From the IMG/VR virus record IMGVR_UViG_3300020264_000020, positions 1 through 38,133 of that record: DNA of 38,133 nt; one strand, 5' to 3'. Shown here piece by piece: positions 1-8,822 of this stretch. A model generated the notes under the pieces. That model did no database searches, was not told the origin of the DNA, and worked only from the letters and a program-made list of their open reading frames with translations. The DNA comes from a virus (lineage: Duplodnaviria > Caudoviricetes). The translations under genes were made by a program, and so were the position numbers. How positions within the stretch are numbered: position 1 is the stretch's first letter; each line of letters begins with the position of its first letter.

Positions 1-158
1 ATATTGAAAGTGATAAAGAATTGTGCCGCGCCAAACAGAAAATTGACTACCTTGAAACTTGTATAAATTCTATTGATAGGATTCTAAAACAAATCGACAG
101 TCGTGGGTTTGCTATCAAGAATACTATCGAGATAGTCAAGTATTATGGTATAAGATGA
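1..158 (+). CDS. uvsY: UvsY recombination mediator, 3' part (truncated by window start)
   Basis: My translation from base 3 is IESDKELCRAKQKIDYLETCINSIDRILKQIDSRGFAIKNTIEIVKYYGIR*, which resembles the UvsY C-terminus. The stop overlaps the uvsW ATG (ATGA), as in T4-like synteny. Confidence 0.85.
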   Translation, partial: IESDKELCRAKQKIDYLETCINSIDRILKQIDSRGFAIKNTIEIVKYYGIR

Positions 159-1615
159 CGACGATCACGAAGAAGAATGAAGTATATCTTAAGGTCGAAG
201 GAGAGCAGTCTTTACATAAAGAGTTGAGTGAGCACTTCTCTTTTGAAGTGCCAGGGGCAAAGTTTATGCCCCAATATAAAAGTCGAGTTTGGGATGGGAA
301 GATCCGCTTATATTCTCCTGGCACTGGGGAGATATATGTGGGTCTTTTTGATTATCTGTGTGAGTATCTAGAGCAAAAGGGATACGACTACGCCATTAAG
401 GACAGCAAGTTTTACGGTATTCCTAACGAGGAGGAGGAATATGTCACACCTGAAGGGGTTGCGTCTTTTGTTAGATCTTTGGGTCTGCCTTTTAAGATTA
501 GAGATTACCAACTCAAAGCAGTATTCACAGCACTTAAACACCGTCGCAAACTTCTACTATCCCCCACGGGATCAGGAAAGTCGCTGATCATTTACTCTCT
601 AGTCCGCTGGCACCTGAAGCAGGACAGACAGATACTGATCATTGTGCCTACCACATCTCTGGTCTCACAGTTGACTCAGGACTTCAAAGACTATGGTTGG
701 AAAGCAGATGCTTATGTCCACCAGATCATGGGTGGACGCGAGAAGTATTCTGATGCCCCTGTAGTTATCTCTACATGGCAAAGCATCTACAAAGAGCCTC
801 GTAAATTCTTTGAAAGATTTGATGTTGTCATTGGTGACGAGGCACACCTATACAAAGCAAAAAGTCTCAGTGGGATTCTGACGAAATGTCATGACGCAAA
901 GTACCGAGTTGGACTGACAGGCACCCTCGATGGGATGCACACGCATCAGTTAGTACTTGAAGGTCTGTTTGGTCGGTGCGACAAGGTGACGACCACTGTG
1001 GACCTGATGAAGAAGGGGCAGTTGACTCCTTTGAAGGTGAAGATTCTTTTGATGAAGCATGGTCATGTCCCATTCGATTATTACCAGCAAGAGATGGACT
1101 ATATCGTATCACATCCAAGGCGAAATAAGTTTATCTGTAACCTTGCTAACGACTTGGATGGAAACACGTTGATACTATTTAACTACATCGAGAAACACGG
1201 AGAGCCTTTATGGGACCTGCTAAATAATAAGGTGGGAGATGATCGAAAGATCTTTTTCATACATGGCGGCGTTGATGCTGTTGAAAGAGAAGAGGCACGC
1301 AGAATCTGTGAGGAGGAAAAGAATGCAATCATTCTTGCTTCCTATGGCACCTTCTCTACAGGTATCAACATCCGCAATCTTCACAATGTAATCTTTGCAT
1401 CCCCTAGCAAATCTAGGGTTAGAAACCTCCAGTCGATTGGACGTGTATTGAGGAAAGGAGAGAATAAGGCACAAGCAGTCTTATACGATCTGGCAGACGA
1501 TTGCTCTAAAGGTAACCGTCATAATTATACCCTTCGTCATCTCGTAGAGAGAATGAAAATATACGACGAAGAAAAGTTTGACTATGAAGTAACTAAAATC
1601 AACTTTAGGAAATGA
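155..1615 (+). CDS. uvsW: UvsW superfamily 2 DNA helicase
   Basis: SPTGSGKS Walker A, DEAH box, TGT motif III, QSIGRVLR motif VI, and the N-terminal WDGKIRL typical of UvsW. Confidence 0.96.
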   Translation: MTTITKKNEVYLKVEGEQSLHKELSEHFSFEVPGAKFMPQYKSRVWDGKIRLYSPGTGEIYVGLFDYLCEYLEQKGYDYAIKDSKFYGIPNEEEEYVTPEGVASFVRSLGLPFKIRDYQLKAVFTALKHRRKLLLSPTGSGKSLIIYSLVRWHLKQDRQILIIVPTTSLVSQLTQDFKDYGWKADAYVHQIMGGREKYSDAPVVISTWQSIYKEPRKFFERFDVVIGDEAHLYKAKSLSGILTKCHDAKYRVGLTGTLDGMHTHQLVLEGLFGRCDKVTTTVDLMKKGQLTPLKVKILLMKHGHVPFDYYQQEMDYIVSHPRRNKFICNLANDLDGNTLILFNYIEKHGEPLWDLLNNKVGDDRKIFFIHGGVDAVEREEARRICEEEKNAIILASYGTFSTGINIRNLHNVIFASPSKSRVRNLQSIGRVLRKGENKAQAVLYDLADDCSKGNRHNYTLRHLVERMKIYDEEKFDYEVTKINFRK

Positions 1616-2037
1616 CAATTAACTACATCCGTCATGATCAAGAATTTTATGGGACCGTCAAACTCGTCTCAGGCGAGGAGATCATGGGCACGATCATTGC
1701 TACTGAAGAGGAAGGTAATAGTATCCTCTTTGTCAGTGAACCTGCTACTCCTACAATGACCCCTATTGAGAAAGAGGGCAGCGTTGCAATGGCAGTTGGT
1801 CTCAGTAAGTGGATGATGTGGTCTGATGAAGACTTCTACATTATTCAAGAACCTGATGTTGTAACTGTCGCTCCCATGTCAATGGAAGCAATCATGATGT
1901 ATAAACTCTGGTTGAGAAAAGAGAATGGTGGAGACGATGAATTCGAGACACCCATGAATGAAAACATGGGACTCGTTGGTAAAGTCTCTGATGCTCGTAA
2001 AAAACTAGAAGAGCAGTGGCGTAAGAACTCTAAGTAG
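1612..2037 (+). CDS. Conserved phage protein, probable Sm-like fold
   Basis: 141-aa ORF coupled to uvsW by ATGA. KLVSGEEIMG matches the KLxSGE(E/D) start of phage Sm-like proteins. Confidence 0.65.
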   Translation: MTINYIRHDQEFYGTVKLVSGEEIMGTIIATEEEGNSILFVSEPATPTMTPIEKEGSVAMAVGLSKWMMWSDEDFYIIQEPDVVTVAPMSMEAIMMYKLWLRKENGGDDEFETPMNENMGLVGKVSDARKKLEEQWRKNSK

Positions 2038-2062
2038 TCTCTTTCCAACCCTGACATGGTTG

Positions 2063-2091
2063 AGTATAATTAAATAAAGAATGTGTGTCAA
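2063..2091 (-). promoter_or_regulatory. sigma70-type promoter on - strand (antisense to the 1612 ORF and uvsW)
   Basis: The - strand reads TTGACA (2091-2086), 17 nt, TATACT (2068-2063). Confidence 0.65.
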
Positions 2092-2093
2092 GC

Positions 2094-2122
2094 TTGACAT
2101 TACATTGATAACTTAGTATTAT
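2094..2122 (+). promoter_or_regulatory. sigma70-type promoter for g55
   Basis: TTGACA (2094-2099), 17 nt, TATTAT (2117-2122), ending 22 nt before the g55 ATG. Confidence 0.85.
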
Positions 2123-2144
2123 GAATCGGTGACAGGTAAAATAT

Positions 2145-2627
2145 ATGCAAACACCCTTAATGTCAGCACGAAAGAAACAGCACTATGTAGATAACAAAGA
2201 GTTTCTTGCAGCGATCACTGCGTATCGTCAAGAAGTTAAAGAAGCTCGGATGCTGGATAAACCTAAACCACGCATCACAAACTACCTTGCTGAGTGCTTC
2301 CTGAAGATTGCGACCCACCTGTCTTACCGTCCCAACTTCATCAACTACATGTTTAAGGAAGACATGATCAGTGATGGTGTCGAAAACTGTGTGCAGTATA
2401 TCGACAACTTTGATCCTGAGAAGTCTAAGAATCCGTTTGCATATTTCACCCAGATCATTTATTACGCATTCCTCCGTCGCATCGCTAAAGAGAAGCGTCA
2501 GATGGACATCCGTGATAAGATCATTGAGAAGAGTGGTTACGATCAGGTCTTCCATAGTGACTCTGATGACAACCACTCTGACATGAATTCGATCAAGAGT
2601 CGGATTGAAACCAACATGAGGTATTGA
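2145..2627 (+). CDS. g55: gp55 late-transcription sigma factor
   Basis: HYVDNKEFL, NFINYMFKEDMISDG and NPFAYFTQIIYYAFLRRI are T4-like gp55 signatures. Alternative start at 2160. Confidence 0.95.
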   Translation: MQTPLMSARKKQHYVDNKEFLAAITAYRQEVKEARMLDKPKPRITNYLAECFLKIATHLSYRPNFINYMFKEDMISDGVENCVQYIDNFDPEKSKNPFAYFTQIIYYAFLRRIAKEKRQMDIRDKIIEKSGYDQVFHSDSDDNHSDMNSIKSRIETNMRY

Positions 2628-2899
2628 TGGCGAAACTGAGTGACTCCTTCGGTGGCACTGTCGAGAAAGACATCCCCGAAGACGTGGAGTGGATCGACGA
2701 CTCCTTCTATATTAAGAAAACAAGATTTGGTCTCTACACTTCTATCCTCAAGGATCCCCTGGGTCAGCACTTTATTACAGGGGCAACAGAAGAGGGAGTG
2801 TTACAAACTACACGATGGCATTTGAAATCTCTGCAGGAAGGCACACTTGACCAGTATACTAGAGTGGTAAATAGTGGAGTAGTTGGAGGTAAACTCTGA
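2627..2899 (+). CDS. Hypothetical phage protein
   Basis: Coupled to the g55 stop (TGATG), and fills the gap with genome-typical codon use. Confidence 0.7.
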   Translation: MAKLSDSFGGTVEKDIPEDVEWIDDSFYIKKTRFGLYTSILKDPLGQHFITGATEEGVLQTTRWHLKSLQEGTLDQYTRVVNSGVVGGKL

Positions 2900-3093
2900 T
2901 GGCATACATGTCCGATCACTACATGGAGAATTACTGGCAGGGTGCTAACCCTACAGTCCGTGCAGAGAAGTTGCTTGAAGAAGCAGCAGAAATGCTAAAC
3001 GCTAGACTCATTAAGTCTACTGTGGTAGAATCCACAGGGAAGAAAACAAAGCAACGTTTCGTGATTGAATATGAATGTCCTCCTGATAACTGA
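2899..3093 (+). CDS. Small hypothetical protein
   Basis: 64 aa, coupled by TGATG, with GGAGG just upstream. Confidence 0.65.
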   Translation: MAYMSDHYMENYWQGANPTVRAEKLLEEAAEMLNARLIKSTVVESTGKKTKQRFVIEYECPPDN

Positions 3094-4102
3094 TCAACAC
3101 TTCGGTGTCCGTAATGATAACCAGCACTTCGTAAGGAAGTATCAGGAGTTTTATAACAATACCGTTTTGCCTGCTATTGATAAGGCAGGCATCACTCAGG
3201 TGATTTGTCTTGGCGATACCTTCGACAAAAGAAAGAGTATCAACTTTGCATCTCTGGATGCAGCAAAGGAGATGTGGTTTACCCCACTAGCAGAGCGTGG
3301 TGTCAAGATGACTATGCTCTGTGGTAACCATGACATCTACTACAAGAATACTTTGAAGATCAACGCACCCAATCTTTTGTTGGGTGAGTATGACAACATC
3401 GATGTTATCGATGAGCCTACTGAAGTTGACTTTGATGGTCGCAAGATGCTGCTCCTCCCTTGGATCTGTGATGACAACAGAGAGAAGGCATGGAAGATGG
3501 TGGAAGAAACTGATGCTTCTGTCTGCCTGGGTCACCTTGAGTTGAATGGATTTGAGGCAATCCCTGGTCACCACATGGAGCATGGTGATGATCCGTCACT
3601 CTTCAGTAAGTTTGATCTAGTTTGCTCTGGACACTTTCACATGAAGAGTCGTAAAAACCAGATAAACTATTTGGGTAATCCCTACCAACTCTTCTGGAAT
3701 GATTATAAACAGAAGAGGGGGTTTCATATCCTAAATACTGATACTTTGGAGATGGGATTCTTTAAGAATCCTTATAACATTTTCAATAAGATCTACTATA
3801 ATGACGAGACATATCTGAGTGACAAAGACCTCAAGAAACTTGAGGGATCATTTGTTAAACTGGTAGTTGAATCAAAGGAAGATCAAGTTAAGTTTGATAA
3901 GGTAGTTAGAATCCTGCAGGGAGCAAGTCTTGCTGATCTCAAGATCATCGAAGACCTCTCCTTCGATCTGGAAGAAGTTGATAACGACATCGAGATTGAA
4001 GATACTCTGACCATCCTGGAGACATGTGTCTCTGAATTTGATAACAAGGATCAGATATTTGGGATTCTGAAGTCCCTATACTTAGAAGCACTAGAGGTCT
4101 AG
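3071..4102 (+). CDS. g47: gp47 recombination nuclease (Mre11/SbcD-like)
   Basis: Metallophosphoesterase motifs TDQHFG, LGDTFD, GNHD, GHLE and SGHFH; lies upstream of g46. Confidence 0.95.
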   Translation: MNVLLITDQHFGVRNDNQHFVRKYQEFYNNTVLPAIDKAGITQVICLGDTFDKRKSINFASLDAAKEMWFTPLAERGVKMTMLCGNHDIYYKNTLKINAPNLLLGEYDNIDVIDEPTEVDFDGRKMLLLPWICDDNREKAWKMVEETDASVCLGHLELNGFEAIPGHHMEHGDDPSLFSKFDLVCSGHFHMKSRKNQINYLGNPYQLFWNDYKQKRGFHILNTDTLEMGFFKNPYNIFNKIYYNDETYLSDKDLKKLEGSFVKLVVESKEDQVKFDKVVRILQGASLADLKIIEDLSFDLEEVDNDIEIEDTLTILETCVSEFDNKDQIFGILKSLYLEALEV

Positions 4103-4103
4103 T

Positions 4104-4367
4104 ATGTTTGTCTTGGTTGACGAGAGTAGTGGCGGTGTCTATGCCGTGAGAGATGACGACACAGTTGATCGTGTCGTCCAGATCTTCGTTGACAAAGACG
4201 ACGCAGACAGGTATTATGAGATGCTTGTCGCCAGTGATTACAAACGAGAGTTGAAAGTCACTGAAGTAGAAGAAGACGCAGTAAAACAAAACTGTATGAA
4301 TTACGGTTATAAGTTTTCTGTTATCCAACCTGATGATTTTGTAATCCCACCCCATGATTGTATTTGA
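4104..4367 (+). CDS. Conserved cyanophage protein (DUF3110-like)
   Basis: 87 aa between g47 and g46. The GVYAV...VQIFVDKDDADRYYEML pattern resembles DUF3110 (from memory). Confidence 0.6.
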   Translation: MFVLVDESSGGVYAVRDDDTVDRVVQIFVDKDDADRYYEMLVASDYKRELKVTEVEEDAVKQNCMNYGYKFSVIQPDDFVIPPHDCI

Positions 4368-6072
4368 GAAGATCCGTTGGAAGAATTTCCTGTCCACTGG
4401 TAATGCATTTACCGAGGTAACAATCAATGATTCTCCCAACCACCTCATCGTAGGATCAAACGGTGCAGGCAAATCAACTCTTCTGGATGCATTATGTTTC
4501 GGTTTATTCAATAAACCCTTTCGTAAGATAAATAAACCACAACTGGTCAATAGTATTAACGAGCGCGAATGCGTTGTTGAGATTGAATTTACTATTGGCA
4601 GCGTTGCATATAAGATTGTCCGTGGCATCAAGCCAGGCATCTTCGAGATTTATCGCAACGGGGCGCTGATCGATCAAGATGCAGCAAATAAAGACTATCA
4701 AAAATACCTTGAGCAATCAATACTTAAATTTAACTTCAAGTCTTTTACTCAAGTTGTTATTCTGGGAAGTAGCACTTTTGTTCCTTTTATGCAGCTTCCT
4801 GCTGCTCATCGAAGAGAAGTTATCGAAGATCTCCTGGACATCCAAATTTTTTCAAGGATGAATGTCCTGCTCAAGGACCGCGTTAAAGATGTCAAAGAGG
4901 CAGTCAAGAATTGTGAGCATGAGTATAACCTGCATGAGTCGCAGGTAAATCTCCAGAGATCCTCATGCCTGAATCTTCAGAAGATGAATGAGGAATACAT
5001 TCAGAAACTGCAATCATCTTTCAACACTAACGAGGAGCAACAAACTACCAATCTCACACGCATTGGTGAGGCACAAGAGGAAATTAACACCCTTACCGAT
5101 GAGGTTGCTGCCTATCAATTCACTGAGAAGAAGTATGATCAACTCCGTGACATGCGAGTCAAGATCCAACAGAATTTTGACAAGGCACAGAAGGAGATTG
5201 CTTTCTATGCTGACAATGATACCTGCCCCACATGCTCTCAGGGACTGACTGAAGACATCAAGAAGTCTAAGACTGCATTTGCTGAGGGTAAGATGGTCAA
5301 ACTGGCAGGTGGTATCACTCAAATCAGCGGTGAGATCAAGAAAGTCACTGACAATCTCAAGGATTATCAGTTGAAGATGAAGCAGATCAACGAATTGCAG
5401 TATGAAATTACTACGTTGCAGAAGCAAAATAGTAAGATGCTCAAGGAAAACTCACAAATCATTGCTCAAGTCAATGAAGATCGCCCTGACATCACCAAAG
5501 AAGAGGAGAAACTGCAGAAGTTTGAAGGTGAGTTGAAAGAAACTGCTGAGAGATGTGCCAAAGTCAATCTAGATGCCTCACATCTCACCATGGTTGCTAG
5601 TTTGCTGAAAGATACAGGTATCAAATCCAAAATCATCAGCAGATTTATCCCTGTGATCAACAAACAGATCAACAAATACCTCCAGAGCATGGATTTCTTT
5701 GTCAATTTCACTCTGGATGAAGGATTCAATGAGATTATCAAGTCCAGATTCCGTGATGAATTCTCTTATGCATCATTCTCTGAGGGTGAAAAGCAGAAGA
5801 TTGACCTCGCACTGCTGTTTACCTGGCGAGACATCGCTAAGATGAAGAATTCAGCATCAACTAACCTCCTCATCCTTGACGAGGTGTTTGATTCTTCGCT
5901 AGACTCCACAGCAACAGACGAGTTGATGAAAATTCTGAAAGGATTGGACAAGAAAACCAACCTCTTCGTCATTTCACACAAAGGAGAGGTCCTCCTAGAC
6001 AAGTTTGAGACCACGATTCAGTTTGAAAAGGTCAACGACTTCTCCAAGATGACCGTGGACCAGTCCAAATAG
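4354..6072 (+). CDS. g46: gp46 recombination ATPase (Rad50/SbcC-like)
   Basis: GSNGAGKST Walker A, CPTC zinc hook within a coiled coil, FSEGEK signature, LILDEVFD Walker B. Confidence 0.96.
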   Translation: MIVFEKIRWKNFLSTGNAFTEVTINDSPNHLIVGSNGAGKSTLLDALCFGLFNKPFRKINKPQLVNSINERECVVEIEFTIGSVAYKIVRGIKPGIFEIYRNGALIDQDAANKDYQKYLEQSILKFNFKSFTQVVILGSSTFVPFMQLPAAHRREVIEDLLDIQIFSRMNVLLKDRVKDVKEAVKNCEHEYNLHESQVNLQRSSCLNLQKMNEEYIQKLQSSFNTNEEQQTTNLTRIGEAQEEINTLTDEVAAYQFTEKKYDQLRDMRVKIQQNFDKAQKEIAFYADNDTCPTCSQGLTEDIKKSKTAFAEGKMVKLAGGITQISGEIKKVTDNLKDYQLKMKQINELQYEITTLQKQNSKMLKENSQIIAQVNEDRPDITKEEEKLQKFEGELKETAERCAKVNLDASHLTMVASLLKDTGIKSKIISRFIPVINKQINKYLQSMDFFVNFTLDEGFNEIIKSRFRDEFSYASFSEGEKQKIDLALLFTWRDIAKMKNSASTNLLILDEVFDSSLDSTATDELMKILKGLDKKTNLFVISHKGEVLLDKFETTIQFEKVNDFSKMTVDQSK

Positions 6073-6113
6073 TGTCCACAGACCCCTGGGATCCGTCCTG
6101 GGGGTCTTATAAT
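6055..6113 (+). promoter_or_regulatory. Putative early promoter: upstream dyad box, GC hairpin and TATAAT, without a -35
   Basis: GTGGAC-N13-GTCCAC (6055-6079), inverted repeat AGACCCC/GGGGTCT (6080-6107) and TATAAT (6108-6113). Confidence 0.65.
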
Positions 6114-6136
6114 GTATGCATACAAGCAACGGTCAC

Positions 6137-8263
6137 ATGTTTCAAAACGAAGTCAAGGGACAACTCGCCAAACTGCTCGCTACTGAGAATCTGATCATCG
6201 AGCACAAGGTTTGTGAGACTGCTTCCTTCAACGTGGAGACTCGCACCCTTATCCTTCCTATCTGGGAGGTCGGTGACCGCACTTATACCATGCTGGTGGG
6301 TCATGAAGTCGGTCATGCTCTCTACACACCCAACGATGACTCGCTGGATAACCTCCCTTGCCCCAAATCCTACGTCAATGTGACTGAGGATGCTCGCATT
6401 GAGAAGTTGATGAAGCGTAAGTTTCCTGGTCTGACCAAGGACTTCTATGCTGGGTATCAAGACCTGCATTCTCGTGATTTCTTCTCTGTAAAGGATGAAG
6501 ATCTCTCCACCATGAAGTTGATCGACCGTATCAACCTTTACTACAAGGTGGGAGCACATCTGATGCTGCCTTTTGATGCCTCTGAGACGCCTCTGTGTGA
6601 CGCTGTGGGCGCTGCTGAGACGTTTGAGGAAGCGATTGCTGCTGCCCTTGCTATTTTTGAGTTTGAAAAGCAGAAACGTGAGCAGGAGCAGCACCTTGCT
6701 CCCCTGTCTAACAAGGACACTGGTGATACTTCTATCGAGAAGTCTGAAGGTAAGTCTGATGAGCAAGCACAGGATGTTTCTGATGAGTCTGATCAACCTG
6801 GCGAGGAAGAAAGTGATAACGGTGGTGAAGAATACCCTGATGGTGGTGCTCCCATGGATGATCTGGAGTCTGACACCGACGCTTCTCTGACTGAGAATCT
6901 GAAAGATGTCACCAACCAGTGGAAATCCAACGAAACTCACTATCTCACTGTCAATACTCCTGATCTTGACTATCACATTGTCAGCACTCAGCGTATGATT
7001 GACATGGCAGAGGAATACTGGGATGAGGTTGATGGTAGTGACATCATCAAGACCGACTGGTCCTATGTTGACAATGAGTATCGTAAATTCAAGCGTGAGT
7101 GTGCTCGTGAGGTCAACTATCTCGCCAAAGAGTTTGAGTTGAAGAAGTCTGCTGCTGCATACTCTCGCGAATCAATCTCTCGCACTGGTGTGCTTGACAC
7201 CAAGAAACTCCACACTTACAAATTCAACGAAGATCTCTTCAAAAAAGTTACCGTCCGTCCTGATGGCAAGAATCATGGTCTGATCTTCCTGCTGGACTGG
7301 TCTGGATCTATGGCAGAGGTTATCCATGACACTTACAAGCAACTGCTGTCTCTCTGCCTCTTCTGTCGCAAGTCTGGCATTCCTTTTGATGTCTATGCTT
7401 TCGTAAATGATGGTGTGTTTGTCCCTGCTGGGTATGATCGTGATGCATTCATGAAGAAACATGCCATCGACAATGGGTTTGCTATCGATGCACACTTCTT
7501 TATGCTGAATCTGTTGAGCAGCGACCTCAACAATGCTACCTTTGACAAGATGGCAAAGTATATCTGGCGTAATTCCTTCCACTATGATGTCCATTACGGT
7601 CAGCAACGTGCCAACTGGGATGCACGTCAGGCATGTCCTAACGCTCTCCCTCCTAACTTCCACCTGTCTGGCACTCCTCTGAATGAAGCAATCGTTTGTC
7701 TGCAGGGTCTGATCCCCACATTCCAAGGCAAGCACAACGTTGAGAAAGTCCACGTCAACATCCTCACCGATGGTGAAGCACAGTGGTCTCGTCAGTGGGT
7801 CATCCGTAACTACAACAATGAAGATGTGCCTCTGCTCAGTGTCCTCCGTGATCGTGTTACGCTTCGTTGCAGGAAGACTGGTCGCACTTACAACCCAGGT
7901 TATAACGGTATTACGGCACAACTCCTCCGTTACATGAAGGGTCGTTTCCCTCAGTGTAACTTCCTTGGATTCCGTATTGGTCCTGCTCGTGATCTCACCA
8001 ACCTGTTGCAATACAGCGACTTGTCTGCTGATGATCAGCGTAAGAATAAGAAGATCTTCAATCGTGACAAGTGCGTTGCCATGAAGGTCAATGGTTACCA
8101 AGAGTTGTATTTCATCAACGCTAAGAATCTAAATACTGATTCTGAGTTTGCTGTTGATATTGATGCAACCAATGCACAGATCAAGAATGCATTCAAGAAA
8201 TCTCTCAAGAGTAAGTCCAACAACAAAAAGATCCTGTCATCCTTCATCACTCAAATTGCATGA
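6137..8263 (+). CDS. HEXXH metallopeptidase plus VWA domain protein (CobT-like partner of CobS)
   Basis: GHEVGH...NVTEDARIE zincin motif, acidic linker, MIDAS DWSGS, GTPL and LTDGE. ATG 6137 is preferred because 6116 is too close to the TATAAT box. Confidence 0.85.
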   Translation: MFQNEVKGQLAKLLATENLIIEHKVCETASFNVETRTLILPIWEVGDRTYTMLVGHEVGHALYTPNDDSLDNLPCPKSYVNVTEDARIEKLMKRKFPGLTKDFYAGYQDLHSRDFFSVKDEDLSTMKLIDRINLYYKVGAHLMLPFDASETPLCDAVGAAETFEEAIAAALAIFEFEKQKREQEQHLAPLSNKDTGDTSIEKSEGKSDEQAQDVSDESDQPGEEESDNGGEEYPDGGAPMDDLESDTDASLTENLKDVTNQWKSNETHYLTVNTPDLDYHIVSTQRMIDMAEEYWDEVDGSDIIKTDWSYVDNEYRKFKRECAREVNYLAKEFELKKSAAAYSRESISRTGVLDTKKLHTYKFNEDLFKKVTVRPDGKNHGLIFLLDWSGSMAEVIHDTYKQLLSLCLFCRKSGIPFDVYAFVNDGVFVPAGYDRDAFMKKHAIDNGFAIDAHFFMLNLLSSDLNNATFDKMAKYIWRNSFHYDVHYGQQRANWDARQACPNALPPNFHLSGTPLNEAIVCLQGLIPTFQGKHNVEKVHVNILTDGEAQWSRQWVIRNYNNEDVPLLSVLRDRVTLRCRKTGRTYNPGYNGITAQLLRYMKGRFPQCNFLGFRIGPARDLTNLLQYSDLSADDQRKNKKIFNRDKCVAMKVNGYQELYFINAKNLNTDSEFAVDIDATNAQIKNAFKKSLKSKSNNKKILSSFITQIA

Positions 8264-8796
8264 ATATCTTTGCTACGCATGATGATCCTGTGCTGTCGGC
8301 AACTGAGTTGCCTGACAAGCACATTGTAAAGATGCCACTGGAGTGTTGTCAGATGCTCGCAGTGGTTTATTCTCCTTGGTATAAGGACATTGGTCCTATT
8401 CTAAAGACAGACGGTAGTGCATATAAAACAAAGAAAGGTGCCTTTCGTAATCACCCATGCACCAAATGGGTAGCAGAATCTGACCACAACATCGCGTGGT
8501 TGTTGCAGCATGGCATTGCACTTTGTGACGAATATGAATATAGATATAACAAACGTCACACTTGTAAAAAGAGTCTAGTCCTTGCTGGTCTTCTGTATCA
8601 GCATGGTTGCCCTGAGAAACATACTCCCTTCGCTCGTGCGATGCCTGATGAGTGGAAATATGATGACTCCATTTCTACTCATGAGGCATACCAGCGTTAC
8701 ATCGCAAGCAAACCCTGGGTGCCAACCAACTACCTGAGGGTGCCAGATCGCAAACCGTCCTGGATTGACCGCTATGCTCCTGTGGAGGCAGTATAA
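8260..8796 (+). CDS. Pyrimidine-dimer DNA glycosylase (DenV/endonuclease V-related) family protein
   Basis: The MNIF...PDKHIVKMPLECCQML and NHPCTKW...EYEYRYNKRH patterns are typical of this phage family. Confidence 0.7.
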   Translation: MNIFATHDDPVLSATELPDKHIVKMPLECCQMLAVVYSPWYKDIGPILKTDGSAYKTKKGAFRNHPCTKWVAESDHNIAWLLQHGIALCDEYEYRYNKRHTCKKSLVLAGLLYQHGCPEKHTPFARAMPDEWKYDDSISTHEAYQRYIASKPWVPTNYLRVPDRKPSWIDRYAPVEAV

Positions 8797-8797
8797 T
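8740..8797 (+). promoter_or_regulatory. Second putative early promoter (upstream box plus TATAAT) for cobS, embedded in the upstream CDS
   Basis: GTGCCAGATCGCAAACCGTCCTG (8740-8762), 29 nt, TATAAT (8792-8797). It aligns with 6057-6079. Confidence 0.55.
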
Positions 8798-8822
8798 TAC
8801 AAGGTAATCGAGAGACAAACCA

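Noticed and set aside
4527-4534. GATAAATA inside g46
   Set aside because: Explained by the conserved RKINK peptide, and there is no nearby downstream start.
6080-6107. GC hairpin after g46 read as a Rho-independent terminator
   Set aside because: It has no real U tract and is followed directly by TATAAT, so I treated it as part of the promoter region.
6107-8101. 289-aa and 309-aa - strand ORFs opposite the peptidase/VWA gene
   Set aside because: Same antisense shadow effect, with no recognisable domain.
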